From Lama guanicoe (Eukaryota): a DNA stretch of 20,788 nt. Positions 1 through 12,027 of this stretch are shown here, one piece after another; the first letter of the stretch is position 1, and each line of letters starts with the position of its first letter. A model generated the notes under the pieces. It worked only from the letters and a program-made list of their open reading frames with translations. It searched no databases and was not told the DNA's origin. The DNA lies in the NCBI GenBank assembly GCA_013239625.1, contig MU054116.1, positions 124,001-144,788 of the forward strand, given 5' to 3'. A program made the translations under genes and the position numbers.

Positions 1-3000
1 CATAGCAATTCACCTAAGCATAAAAAAGCCATACTCAGAAGAAATCAAAGAATTTTTTATCCCTACATATATTCATTATTTTTAAAAAATAAACTGAGCA
101 AAAAGTAAAGCAACTCCTGCACACTATAAAATTTTGTAAACCATAAAAGTAATCCAAAGTATGTACAACACTAATTTAGATAGAAAATGAATAAAATTTA
201 AATGATAAATAAATCTAAAAGTTGATTCTTTTCAATTTCATGAAAACTGATAAATTGCTCAGAAAAATGAATGAGTATGAAACAAAGAAATCAAAATGTG
301 TAAGGTTATCAATCTTAAAGAAAATATAAATACTAAAGCAATATGAATTAGAATAACTTTATGGATGAACTATAGCAATTCCACAACAACAAAATATATA
401 TGAAGACCCAGAGTTAATGAACAAAGATTTAGCAAAACAGAATTTCAAAAATTAATTCAAGGTGTAGAAAATGTATATACCGATCTCCATAAAATATTAA
501 GGAAGGCAAATAAAAACAATTTTTGATGAAATAAAAGGACCAGACTACTTTAAAACTAGCCATGATAAAACACTAGAAAATCTCATTATGATTTCAACCA
601 TATAAACAATAAAAAAAACCTCCCTATGGAATTTTATGAAAAATCTTAATATTTGAAAAAAATCTAATGAAGATATTATAAGATACATGTTTAAACAAAT
701 TCACTGCTGAATGCAGGTAGACTATTTCAAATAGAATCAAAAAACAGTCAAATATTATACTATGAACAAGACTAATCTAAACAAGAGTGGAGATAGATGA
801 TAGATAAATAGATGATAGACAGTGATATAGAATAATCTATACAGATATAGAAACATATATGTACACATATACATATATATGAAAAATATAGTAGTTTTGT
901 TATAACAACAAAATAAAGAAGGAAGTTTATACATGGATTTTGATTAATTGATTAAATATGATCACTGGAAGAAAAAAATCAAAAATCTCCCCAAATAAAT
1001 TTAAAGTAAAATAAGAATACGATGAACTACTAAAATAAGATTAAAATTTCTAAAGAAATAAAATTTACATAATTTTATAGTGTCTTATATTCATCTTAAT
1101 TAAAATCAAGAAACAAATGAGGGAAAAAAGACAAATGAGGATATTCACTTTTATCACTGATATTCAACATTTCATTGCCATCTTGAAAATGCCATAACAT
1201 AAATAATAAAATAGTTGGGATAATTATCAGAATGAGCTATGAAACTAGTGTAGGTAGAAATTATGAAAGCCATTTTTTTTTAGTTTTTACATCTTTGAAG
1301 GGTAGTAGTGCTTTCTTAATATTATGCATATTTTAATCACTAACATTTCTCATAAAAATACATAAAATAAAAGCCCATGAAATAATGACATGCACTTAGA
1401 GTCAATGAAATATATTTACTTCTTGATAACATTATTATGTACCTGGAAAACAATAAAATCTAACAGGAAACTAACAGACTTAACAAGAACATTTAGTAAC
1501 TTGGATAAAGAAAGAATATATTCAAATGAGTCAACTGACGATATTTATAGTAACAATAAGCCCCTGCAAATCAAAACAATCATTATTACTGCCAAGGAAT
1601 AGATCCTATTATGGGTTCAATGCATTACATCATAAAAATATCAATTTGCCCAATATTAATATATAAATTTAACAGAATTCCAATTAGAATCAGCTTATTG
1701 CGTAAGTTATCACCAAATTAGGATGGAAGAATTAAATCTCGTGAATGTAAAACACACAAGTGAAAAATAAAAATTAGCAAATAGAAACTTACTTTATATA
1801 ATATCAAAACATATTATAGATCAATGAAATGAAATTAATATGGTATTGGCATAAGAAAAAATAAAATGTTCAGTAGAACATTTGAGATCATGAAATTATA
1901 GACTAACAGCTTTTAATTTTATATAAAGGTTTATTTTGCTTGTTATATAAAAGTGGGATACTTTTAATTCATTAGGAAAATCATGGTTTAATTAATAATT
2001 ACTTCGGTCACAAAAAACAATACTGAATCAAAATGTTTTATCTTCATCCACACAGCAAATAGATTACACTCTAAATGGTTTAAAATTTTAAGTATAAAAA
2101 TAAAACAGTAAAAACTTATTAGAAAATATATGAAGCAATAGTAATATACAGGAGTAAGAAATCTTCTTACTTAAGAATTTAAAGGTAGACAGTAACAAAA
2201 TAAAGGGCACCTATTTGATTATTTATGTACTTACCATTTTGTCTAGCAAAAGATAATACTGAAAAATTCGTAAGTCAAATAATAATGTTGAAAGTAAATG
2301 TATAAATAACACTGACAAACAAGATGATTTCTCAAGAATACAAAGAGCTCTATAAGTGAACAATAAAAGTTAAAAAAATCTAAGTAAAAATTAGCAAAAA
2401 ACAGAAATAAGCAATTTAGAGAATATTAAATCCCATTTCATAAAGAAGTTATGATTGTCAACTGCTTTTATGAGTCTAATGTCAAAAACTTCATACTGAG
2501 GTAGAAATTTATACCAATCAAACTGCCAGTTTTAAAACACACTTTGATCTGTTGGTGAAAGGGGATATAAGCAAAAGGCTACTTTCCTATAGTGCATGTG
2601 GAAATTTAAATTACTAAAGATTTCAGACAAACAATCAGAAAATTTCCAGTTTGAAAGTATACTCTGACATGGCAACTCAATCCTGCAACTCTATCTCATT
2701 GAAATTAAAGCACCACTCTGAAAGGGTATACAGTATTAAAATCATAGTATGGAGAAAAAAAAAGAGTATAGAATGCAGCATTTCTGGTAACAAAAAAATA
2801 AAACTCAAAGAAAAAAAATTAATGGAATGCCATGCATATATTAAACCTAAACATATTAGAGTTACATCTGGAGTATATTAGAGTTTGATCTGGGACTACT
2901 TCTGTGAATATTTTTCTTGAAAAGAGGGAAAAGGTGGAAAAGTACATTTAATATAATCAAGTTTTCATAATGGAAATCTTGGCGAAAACCTTTCAACATG

Positions 3001-3120
3001 TGTATATATTATATGTGCACATATATGTATGCTGATAGATATATGTGTATAAAATACATGTATATGTAAACAAATGTTTTAATTAATCTTTACATATTTA
3101 TTCATATCAAGTATTTTAGC
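1..3120 (+). mobile_element. Very old, decayed LINE-1 (L1M/L1ME-like): ORF2 remnants through the 3' region
   Basis: A-rich + strand with colinear degenerate ORF2 landmarks: KSWFF-like aaaagttgattcttt (~217), PLLFNIV-like tcactgatattcaacatt (~1154), PKLIYRFNAIPI-like (~1648-1690), WYWHK-like tggtattggcataag (~1841). No long ORF. Confidence 0.7.
790..880. repeat. Degenerate (GATA)n plus (TA/CA)n microsatellite
   Basis: gatagatgatagataaatagatgatagac followed by acatatatgtacacatatacatatatat. Confidence 0.7.
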
Positions 3121-3289
3121 ATTAATAAAATTAATGATGTTTCCCAGGGAAACTAAACTAAAAAAATGCTAAAAAACTAAATAAATAAAGCAAACCAAAA
3201 TATACCTTCCTGGAGAAACAGTTATTGGAAGGGTTGGAACAGGGAAAGCAAGAGAGGAGCCTAGAAGGCCTTATTGTACTAGAGTACAG

Positions 3290-3700
3290 CGTCAGCAGGA
3301 CCAGGTTCCTTACGGCCTGCACATTCCAAAGGAAGATCTCTGTTAAGACTGGCCCTTGATTACCTACTGGGAGATAACCTCTGAGCCCTTAGAACACTCT
3401 GCCTGATCAGAGTGGTTTTTCATCCCCTGAGGCTCTGGCCATCCTGTATCAGTTTGGCCTCTGGGGCACTGGAGACTGTACAGCCATGGTCAGTCCTGGG
3501 GGCCCTGCAGACCTGTGTGACTGACCACCAGTAAAACTCCTGAGCCCAAAGGCTCAGGTGAGCTTCCCTAGCCAGCTGGACTTTGCACATGTGGTCACAC
3601 ATTGTTCCTGGAGAATTAAGTTCTTCCCTATGTGATTTCACTGTGAGGGGACTCCTGAAAGCTTGTGCTTGATTTTTCCTGGATCTTGTCCATTGGATGG
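3290..3700 (+). mobile_element. ERVL-class LTR fragment of the MER77/MER68/MER21 group
   Basis: Abrupt GC rise. Recalled motifs: ctgcacattccaaagg, ctgggagataacctctgagccctt, gactgaccaccagtaaaa, aaggctcaggtgagcttccct, tcacacattgttcctggagaattaag, aagcttgtgcttga. Confidence 0.7.
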
Positions 3701-3701
3701 T

Positions 3702-3975
3702 GGTCTCCATTTTCTAGCTTGTTGTCAGGCAGTGGCTACTCTCCACTCCTGGAGGTGGAGTGTCTCATGACCTCCTCCGACATCAAAACCAGAAATAGAC
3801 AGTCTTCTTCATTACAAATCTCTAAATGTTTCAAATCTCTTGCACCAGTAGATGCTTCCATCCTTTTTAAGAGTTCATTTGATTAAGTAAGGCCCACCAA
3901 GGATAATTTCCTTAAGTCAACTATTTTGACCCTTACTACGTATGCAAAATCCCTGTACAATAGCACTTGTAATCT
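3702..3975 (-). mobile_element. MaLR MLT1 (E/F/G-like) LTR fragment
   Basis: tttaagagttcatttgattaagtaaggcccaccaaggataat...aagtcaact...tgcaaaatccct matches the recalled antisense MLT1 pattern. Confidence 0.6.
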
Positions 3976-4024
3976 TTGTGACTGAAGCAACAGAAAGTGT
4001 GTGTACATCACATTCTGGGAGTTT

Positions 4025-4885
4025 GATTATTTCCAAATTAATGTATAGATTCAAATCAGTCTTAATCAAAATCCAAGCAAAATTTTTTGGTAAAAATATT
4101 GTCCAATTGAGTATAAAATTATTATGGAAATTCAAAAGGCCAAGAATAACCAATTCAACCATTGAAAAAGAACAAAGTTATACTGCCTACCTTATTCAAA
4201 CATATATAATGCTAAGTAATCAAGACATCATGATATTGATGTAAAGATACAGAAAAGGGTCAATGGAAAAGAACTAAGACTCTAGAAGTAAACTCTTACA
4301 TTTATGGTCAATTGATTTGTGAAAGAAATGCAAAAAATTTAATAGAGAAACAGTCTTTTCAACAAATGACACTGGAATAATTGGATAGTCATATCTGCAA
4401 TGAACTTTGATATATATATCTTATACTATTTACAAATAAATTTACAAAAACTAACTCAAAATGAATCACAGATCTTTACATAAACCAAACTGTAATACTT
4501 CTAGGAGAAACATATGAAGAAAATTATTGTTCAATTAGGCAAAAACTTTTAGATAAAACAGTAAATACTTGATGCATTTTCTTAAATGATGAAATGCCAT
4601 TCACAAAAACTAAAAATTCCTCTTCTTAAAAAGACACTATTAAGAATATGACTAGCCATAAAAAGGGAGAAAATAATTTTGAATCACATATATGACAAAG
4701 GTCGTGTACCCAGACTATATAAAGAATTGTCAAAACTCAATAACAAAACGTACAACACAATTTAATAAAAGACAAATAATTTAAGATACACAGATAGCAA
4801 CTAAACACACAAATGATTTTCCACATAATTAGCTTTAGATATATGAAAATTAAAATCATAAAAGGATAACACTACATACTTACTA
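4025..4885 (+). mobile_element. LINE-1 (L1M) ORF2 C-terminal fragment, disrupted
   Basis: Translates in part to SKLMYRFKSVLIKIQAKFF (PKLIYRFNAIPIKIP-like). Also tatggtcaattgattt, agtcttttcaacaaatg and aactcaaaatgaatcacaga. Confidence 0.85.
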
Positions 4886-4964
4886 GCCAACATTATTAAG
4901 AGTGAATAATTGGAAATTATATAATATGATAAATTAAGGTATGTTTCAATATAGAAAAGTGCAT

Positions 4965-5065
4965 CTTTTTATTGTCATGAAATATACATAACAAAATTTA
5001 CCATTTTGATCATTTTTAACTGTAAAATTCAATGGAATTAATACACTCATTGTGTTGTACAAATA
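4965..5065 (-). mobile_element. Short antisense L1MB-like 3' end
   Basis: tttttattgtcatgaaatatacataacaaaatttaccatttt...cattgtgttgtacaa is the reverse complement of an L1MB-type terminus. Confidence 0.7.
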
Positions 5066-5329
5066 TAAAAGCATGTCTTGTATCCAATTAACAGATGTGG
5101 CTGTAAATTTTCATGTACTCATGAAAAACACCTATAGTCCACATATTTACAGAAAGGAATACCTGGAAAGATAAGGTCTCTAATGTAAGCAGTAACCTTG
5201 TATAATTTTATAAACTATTACACTTTCTTATCTGATTGAAATTGTCCAATAATAATAAAACATTCGCACAATAAAGGATTTTATTCAAATATTAAAGAAT
5301 TACAATATTCAAAAAGTCTTACCACATGT

Positions 5330-5924
5330 GAAAGGACTTTTTTTAATGAGCTGTGTAATTGAAATGATACAATTGCCCTCCTGACCTGTGTCAAATGCTG
5401 CTGTAACATTCTCCTGTCTCTAAGGACACAGTCCCTACTTAAGACTGAGTTACTTGTGTTTTTGCCAAACTTCGTTACTCAGAAAATTAAGTAATGGTTC
5501 TTGATTGCAGGTCAGTAAGGACCATTTGTTTATTTCATTTGGTGGCATTTTTGCCAAATTAAAGAGAAAAGTCACATAGCATGCTGGAAAAGTATGTCTC
5601 TCTGTCCTGATGATTTAAAATGCATCTCCTCCACCCAGTGGGGAGACTTACTCAGCTCTTATTATAATTTATTTTTGTTTTAATTAGTGATGGAGATAAC
5701 AAGAAAATATTTGGACATTTATAATAGCACTAAGCCCAGCATATGCAAGTCTTCCCAATTTGTTGGAGATGGTGAACAAAGGAAGACTGATGTGTTCCCA
5801 GACATGCCCATGAATCGGAAGATACAAATATCTTTATTAAAACATGGCTTTTAACTTTGTAGTCTTAAATTTGCTGTGTTTAAACAACCATCAGAAGCTC
5901 TGATTTACTAACAGAAGAGTAAGT
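5330..5924 (+). promoter_or_regulatory. Putative OR promoter and first non-coding exon, ending at splice donor GTAAGT (5919-5924)
   Basis: Non-repeat sequence ~1.6-2.2 kb upstream of the CDS. It contains homeodomain-type TAATGAG (5344-5350) and TAATTAG (5681-5687), O/E(EBF)-like TCTCTAAGGA (5417-5426), and TTGCCAA at 5462 and 5551. It aligns by eye with 19285-19860, including the donor. Confidence 0.6.
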
Positions 5925-6306
5925 ATGGTAAAGTTTGTCTCTTTGATTGTAATTCCCTTTGTAGGATCCAGGTTATATTTTCCCCTGGAAACAAAAATGA
6001 ATTTTGGTAATAATTTATGTTTTTAATGTATATATAAGATATATTTTTCAGACGTCAAATTTTGGAATGAATTTCCCTTATGTAGATAAATCTCACTGCC
6101 TGGGAGATTTCTATTCTTAAGATATATTTTAAAAATCTATATCTAACTAAATATAAGAAATACTTAGGGTAATTTTGAACAGATATTTAACCCAAAATAA
6201 AGCAAGGGTCTTCCTGTATATAGAAGTATACAAGCATGCCCTTTCATTCCTCTTCCCATCCTCCCTACAAATAACACTGTGACTGGAATGACACATCTCT
6301 TTACAG

Positions 6307-6405
6307 ATCCCTGTGTTCACATTCAGCACTCTTTGAAAGATAGAATACTCAGAAAACAGATACTTATACTTTATTATCAATCTGTTTACTGATTTCTATT
6401 ATAAA
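6307..6405 (+). other. Candidate internal non-coding 5'UTR exon (99 nt)
   Basis: Preceded by pyrimidine-rich ctctttacAG (AG at 6305-6306), followed by GTAAGT (6406-6411), and contains no ATG. Confidence 0.35.
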
Positions 6406-6551
6406 GTAAGTTGTAATGTCTTATAGAAAAAGAGATATATTTCAAGAATTGAAAAATGGTCAAAGTTTGAAGAGCAGAGTAAATTTCACAAGGATGCACA
6501 TATCATCTGAGAGATTAGAAGAAAAGATGAAAGGAAAGTAGGTAGACTGTA

Positions 6552-6609
6552 AATATATATATATATACATACTACATATGTATATATATATACACACGTG
6601 TATGTATAT
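6552..6609. repeat. (TA)n/(CA)n compound microsatellite in the presumed OR intron
   Basis: atatatatatatatacacatactacatatgtatatatatatacacacgtgtatgtatat. Confidence 0.8.
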
Positions 6610-7499
6610 TCCTTCTACATCTCAATTTGATATAAATACTTGAATGGCAGACTAAATTTACTAAGAGAATTTTAACTTTTGAGTAGCCATAATCCTCAGT
6701 TAGTGATTTTTCTCTATATTGGAAACACTGGAGCTGGGTACATGGTCACAACCAAGACTGCCCAACCTCAGGAAGAAGAGATTGCAATAAGTTAAACAAT
6801 TAAGTAAATATACTCAAAACAAATGAACCAGGTACACAAGGGGAAAATCTTTTTTATTGATTGATGTCAGAAAACTCCAAGACATGAAACACTAATTGTA
6901 CATTAGAAATATCTGAGTCCCCACTAGTGTAGCATCAATGAAGAGAATTCATTGACTGGAAGGTGCAGAAGGGAAGAGAGGGCAGTCATCATATGTGTCA
7001 GCAGGAAACATACACATACTCAGTAAATACAATGCAGAAACAGACACATGGACTATGTGGCAGGGGTTGGTGGGTAAGTAGCAGGCCTTAGGTTGTTTCT
7101 AAGAATTAAGCAAGCTTAACCTAAAAACAAGCAAACCATCAAACAAAATTTTCTTTTGGAACAAAGATCTCAAGTTTTGCTCTAGAGTCTACACAGTGAA
7201 CACAAGTCATATAAGCACTGCCTTAAGAAAGACTCAAAGTGTCAAGAAAAGATATGAAATCAAGGGTGCAATTTTCTGAATTCATTTCTGAATAGGGAAA
7301 AAATCTTGAGAAGCAAAAGACGTTCTAGCTACCCATTTAATCACACCTCTTCAGCATCTACTTAGTCATCACAATGGAAAATCCTACACCCATAAGAGAC
7401 ATAAAATGGGGATATATATACTTATTTATATACAATATTGTAGATAATGAAATATAAAAGTTTAAATACATTAAATTAAAATAGTCTACAATCTATAAG

Positions 7500-7525
7500 C
7501 AAATTTCTCTGAATATCACACACAG
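7500..7525 (+). other. Putative 3' splice acceptor of the OR coding exon
   Basis: tttctctgaatatcacacacAG ends 25 nt before the ATG, a typical position in OR genes. The pyrimidine tract is weak. Confidence 0.5.
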
Positions 7526-7550
7526 ATTGGAGACAAGTCAGAAGTCATTG

Positions 7551-8483
7551 ATGAGAAACGGTACAGTAACAACATTCATTCTGCTGGGACTCACAGATGA
7601 TCCTGAGCTACAGGTCCTAATTTTTATCTTTCTGTCTATCAACTACACACTGAGTGTGACTGGAAACCTGACCATAATCACACTCACATTTGTGGATTCC
7701 CATCTTAAAACACCCATGTACTTTTTCTTAAAAAATTTCTCCTTCTTGGAGATCTCACTCACATCTTCTTGTATCCCCAGATACCTGTATAGCATAGCAA
7801 CAGGTGACAGGGTCATTACCTATAATGCTTGTTTCATCCAAGTGTTTATCACTGACCTGTGTGGAGTAACAGAATTCTATCTGCTGGCCACCATGTCGTA
7901 TGACCGTTACGTGGCCATCTGCAAACCTTTGCATTATATGACCATCATGAGCAGCCGAGTCTGCAGGATTCTCATCATCTCTTGCTGGATGGCTGGTCTC
8001 TGTATTTTAATCCCACCACTTATCCTGGGTTTAAATCTAAAATTCTGTGACTCTAACAGGATTGATCATTTTAGCTGTGATGCATTTCCCTTAGTGGAAA
8101 TCTCATGCTCAGACACATGGTTGATGGAACACACCGTTATAATCTGTGCTGTGCTGACCCTGAATATGACTCTTACTTGTGTGGTTCTGTCATATGCTTA
8201 TATCATCAAGACAATTTTTAGGTTCCCTTCTGTTCAGCAAAGGAAAAAGGCTTTTTCCACCTGTTCTTCACACATGATTGTGGTTTCGCTTACCTATGGC
8301 ACCTGCATTTTCATCTATATGAATCCTACAGCAAAGGAAGAAGTGACCATTAAAAAAGTGGTTTCACTGCTCATGTTTTCTGTTGCACCTACATTGAACC
8401 CATTTATTTATACCTTGAGAAACAACCAAGTTAAGAAAGCCTGTAAGGACTTAATCAAAAGAATTGCCTTGCTCTCATCTTAA
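7551..8483 (+). CDS. Olfactory receptor, family 6 subfamily C (OR6C2-like), intact 310-aa single-coding-exon class II OR
   Basis: Uninterrupted ORF with OR motifs: N-glycosylation site [14 protein letters not shown] (TM1), [37 protein letters not shown] (TM5), [36 protein letters not shown] and [11 protein letters not shown] are typical of OR6C. The ORF track starts at a TTG (7527); the first ATG is at 7551. The exact orthologue cannot be assigned by eye. Confidence 0.96.
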   Translation: MRNGTVTTFILLGLTDDPELQVLIFIFLSINYTLSVTGNLTIITLTFVDSHLKTPMYFFLKNFSFLEISLTSSCIPRYLYSIATGDRVITYNACFIQVFITDLCGVTEFYLLATMSYDRYVAICKPLHYMTIMSSRVCRILIISCWMAGLCILIPPLILGLNLKFCDSNRIDHFSCDAFPLVEISCSDTWLMEHTVIICAVLTLNMTLTCVVLSYAYIIKTIFRFPSVQQRKKAFSTCSSHMIVVSLTYGTCIFIYMNPTAKEEVTIKKVVSLLMFSVAPTLNPFIYTLRNNQVKKACKDLIKRIALLSS

Positions 8484-8525
8484 TGAAATAACATAGTATT
8501 TTTAAAAGATTGTGTCAAAAACAAG

Positions 8526-8761
8526 AATAAATGGCCACAGAGATTTATTTTTGAAGCTTGTAATATTCTTTTTTAATAATACACATGTAAGTAACAGTAA
8601 ATTTCTCAACATTTCTGTAACCAAGCTTCTATTGAGCCCTGCTCAAGCCATGTTTGTATCTCCATTATTTAAACCAATACCAGATAGTTTTGCTGTCAAC
8701 TTCCTAAAAAATCATTATGAAAAGAAAATAACTTTATAAAATGACTTTAGTATACAATAAA
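8526..8761 (+). terminator. Candidate polyadenylation signals (AATAAA at 8526-8531 and 8756-8761)
   Basis: Canonical hexamers 43 and 273 nt after the stop codon. Chance hits are common in such AT-rich DNA. Confidence 0.35.
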
Positions 8762-9249
8762 AGTCACTACTCTGGATATAGGGGTAAATATTAGGTAAAT
8801 TTTTATAGCTCTTCTCAAATATAGACAATAATTACATGAAGGCATGTAATAAGTTATTTTACATAAAATGTCTATAATGAATGAGTTAAAATAAATGTGA
8901 AAGAGAATAATACCACTTCCAATATTGAGAAGACAGAGAAAAAATATGTATTACTACAATGAACACACATAAATAGTGGATGAAATTTAAGAAATATTCT
9001 TTTGAATCTATAGCTGAAATCATTGCAAAGTGTTGAATAGAATGGATTATAAATAATGATTTAACTTAAAGTAGAGCAATAACCTATGAAAGGATATGGA
9101 TATTCAAGAGAATATAGACAGGGTATGGGAATAAGTTTTACATAATGGATCACGGAGACTTAGGTGGTGAAGTCTCAGGATAAGTTTAGTGAGAGCACTT
9201 GGTGACACATTAGATGCACACTCAATGAAAGTCTGAATTAAGAAAAACC

Positions 9250-10420
9250 ATGCTCATTTTCACAGAAAGTTTACATTTTTTCCTGAAAGGTATTGTCTGC
9301 TGCTTATAGAACTGACTCACGTGAGAAACATTCCCCAGTGTATTTGATACCTGTGCCAACATCTAACACAAATTAAGCTTTTAGAGTCCAAATTTGGTCG
9401 TAATAATCTCAATTATTAGATACAACGAGTTGAAAAATCCACACAAATAAAATTCCTTAGAAATTACGGTACTTACACCAAATTAACTAATTGCTATCTG
9501 GAATGCAATGAAATGCAGACATGGCATCACAAATTACTTGGAACACTGAAAAAGCTGTATTCACTAGGAATTCTGTTATCGTAAATGTATTCATTACTTA
9601 CAAAACTGTAAACTAGCCAAAAAGGGAGAAACTTATCCTAATAAATCTGAAAAATAAAAAATTTTAAAAAGTAAATGAAAAACATTACTTACTAATGGTA
9701 GAAAATGAAATCAGTTAAATAAGCTAACGAATTTAAAAGCCAGTTCTTTCAAAGGGCCAACAGCATAGATTAAACCCTCCCCAATGAATGTGATGAATAC
9801 AAAACATAAATTTTCAATATTTTATTGGAAAACCTTGCATATGCAATAACGTAATTAAAAAATCAGGATAAATATGGGAAGGGATAAATAAAACTACTGA
9901 ATTGAATTGATTTTAAAAGCATTCACATTTTGCTTTCTGAAATGGAGGTATGTCACACAATGGATGATATCTACTGTTGTTCATAGTTTAATTGGCAACC
10001 TTTTTTAAGTGATACGTTATATAATTGTATGTCTTACAATTTAGGATATCTTAAAATGGATGCAAGTAGACATATTTCTTTTACCCTGAGGATATTCTTC
10101 CATATCCAGAAAACTAAAGATATTGTAGTAGGAAAGTAGGGGAATTAATAAGGAATTTGTTGCTTTTGTGGAAAAAATTGACATTATTTAAAAATCAGTA
10201 GACTGTCATAGTAATAAGCAATAAAAAATCAATGAGCAAATATTATTTCAGTCATGATAGTCATAAAAATGTAATCACAAGAGAATAAATTTAACATAAA
10301 AGTACAGTATATATGTAAATAAAGTATAAAATCTCTTAAAGTAAAATATAATTAGAACAAAAGAGATGTTATCAATATACTTGGTTGCAAAATTTTAACA
10401 TGAGCATGCATATGTGTATA
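9250..10420 (+). mobile_element. Very old LINE-1 ORF2 remnants
   Basis: Degenerate landmarks: tatctggaatgcaatgaaatg...ttggaacactgaaaagctgta (~9495-9560), aaaagccagttctttcaaagggccaacagcatagattaaacc (~9735-9777), gaataaatttaacataaaagtaca (~10283). Confidence 0.55.
9895..10070 (+). mobile_element. MER104-like non-autonomous TcMar-Tc2 DNA transposon, inserted in the old L1
   Basis: tcacattttgctttctgaaatggagg...catagtttaattggcaacctttttt...tgtcttacaattt...atcttaaaatggatgcaagta follows the recalled ~180-bp MER104 consensus. Confidence 0.65.
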
Positions 10421-10807
10421 ACTAAATGTATTGTGGAAACACTTTTTATCAATTTATTTTTATGTAGTCACTAAGCAAGTAGAATATTAAAGGAAAACAA
10501 ATTTTAATGCAGGTTGTCTAAAGCAGAAACAAAGTGGTGCAATCAGGAAGAAGAATGGGTAGAATGAGAAAAAATTCAAAATAAAACATTGACCATACAG
10601 TCCTATGAAATGTGTAGGTCTGGTTATGCTATATTGGGGTGTAAAGAAAGAAACTTTTTTTCAAATACATTTCCATCTACAAAATGATAGCTTATCAAAT
10701 TTCTGTTACCAAGTGAAAGAAATTAAGTCACAGTTTATTTTACACTAATTCAGTAAAAATGAACAAAAAGCACAAAAAAGAAAAAACCCCTTGAACTGTA
10801 AAAGTTT

Positions 10808-11135
10808 CACATTATATAATGGAATATTGTTCAGCAATTAAAAATAGAAAATCATGCCACTTGCAACAACATGGCTGGAACTTAAGGGTATTATATTAAG
10901 TGAAATAAGTCAGACAGAGAAAGACAAATACTGCAAAATCTCATTTGTATGTGGAAACTAAAAAACAAACAAAAAAGACCAACCTCATAGAAAAAGACAT
11001 CACATCTGTGGTTACCAGAAAGGAGAGGGTAGAGATGATGGGGGACAGGGGTGTGCATACATTGGAAGAAAGTAGTCAGAAGATACAAATATCAGTTATA
11101 AGATAAACAAGTACTGGGGATGTAATGTAGAACAC
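10808..11135 (+). mobile_element. L1MA9-like 3' end, upstream part (split by the LTR)
   Basis: atggaatattgttcagc, ttgcaacaacatgg, aagtgaaataagtcagacagagaaagacaaatac, aagtactggggatgtaatgta. Confidence 0.85.
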
Positions 11136-12027
11136 TGTGGGAGCACAAACTTGGGTTAACAAACTTTGATACTGTAATAATTGCTCTACCAAGTCATATT
11201 CTCACCTTTATGTAAACACGTAAGAAATGTATAATCAAAACCAATGCTCTCTATATTTGTCTGTATACTGCTACTTCAAAGCAAAATGTCCAAAAGCACA
11301 AAAGACTAAACTCAATACCAGTCACCACCTTATCTGTGGAACTTAGCTCAGTTGCCTTGAAGCTGCTTTGCTAGCAGGAATCTGCTACAAACTGTCTCCT
11401 TGACATAAAAAGCAGAAACATGCTTTGCTTGCTTTACTAAGCTCAAGGTCATAGGTTCAGGGCTGCTTACGCTTATGGAAAACCTTAACTCGTTCCTCGC
11501 ACTAACCAGCAGGACATGCTTATCAGACATAGGTGGACAGTGTAGGCTGCTCTTGCTCACAGAAAACTGTGACTTAGCCCTTAGCTGGAAACAGCTGGGC
11601 TGCTTCGCATGCTTAGATGATTTCTGATCATTGTATAGAGCCTCTGTGGTGGTCTGGGTTTTCATTATCAATTGTTCGGAACATTGTAACCTTGCTCATG
11701 ATTGTATGAGGCTTAAAATAACCGTTTGTACTATCAATATTGTAACCTTCTCGCTAAATATAAAATAAGATTATAATTTTCTGCTTTTCCACTAACTGAA
11801 ACTGCTGACCTGCATCCCTGCATGTATACCTTGCCCCTTACTCATTCCTTTGACGTATTTCACTTTGACTCTTTGACTATTCTCAATAAGTATAAGAGCT
11901 TTGGAGGAGTTCGGGGAGTTGGTCTCTGGCTCCTTCTCACTCTCTTGACCTGATAAAGTCTTGAGTAATTTCATTCTTCCGAGGTGGGACTTTTGCTGGG
12001 CAGAACCCACGATGAACAGAACCCACA
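11136..12027 (+). mobile_element. Solo endogenous retrovirus LTR, 892 bp (possibly class II)
   Basis: Perfect terminal inverted repeat TGTGGG...CCCACA. Imperfect 6-bp flanking duplication gaacac (11130-11135) / gaacgt (12028-12033). TATAAG at 11891 and a poly(A)-like GATAAA at 11952. It cleanly interrupts an L1 3' end and retains CpGs. Confidence 0.85.

Noticed and set aside
3420..4244. Short ORFs of 73-100 aa
   Set aside because: They lie within LTR and L1 remnants; 3942-4244 is partly a decayed L1 ORF2 frame.
6700..6830. Possible L2 or MIR remnant in the intron
   Set aside because: Similarity is too weak to support by eye.
6935..6955. Inverted repeat TCAATGAA-gagaa-TTCATTGA
   Set aside because: An 8-bp AT-rich arm is expected by chance in 20 kb.
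7527..7550. N-terminal extension METSQKSL in the ORF track
   Set aside because: It starts at TTG just after a likely splice acceptor. ATG 7551 gives a normal-length OR with the glycosylation site at residue 3.
11348..12010. 107-aa and 72-aa minus-strand ORFs inside the LTR (possible sag-like accessory gene)
   Set aside because: Antisense to the LTR, no recognisable motif, and no sense-strand ORF is listed. Compatible with chance in GC-richer sequence.
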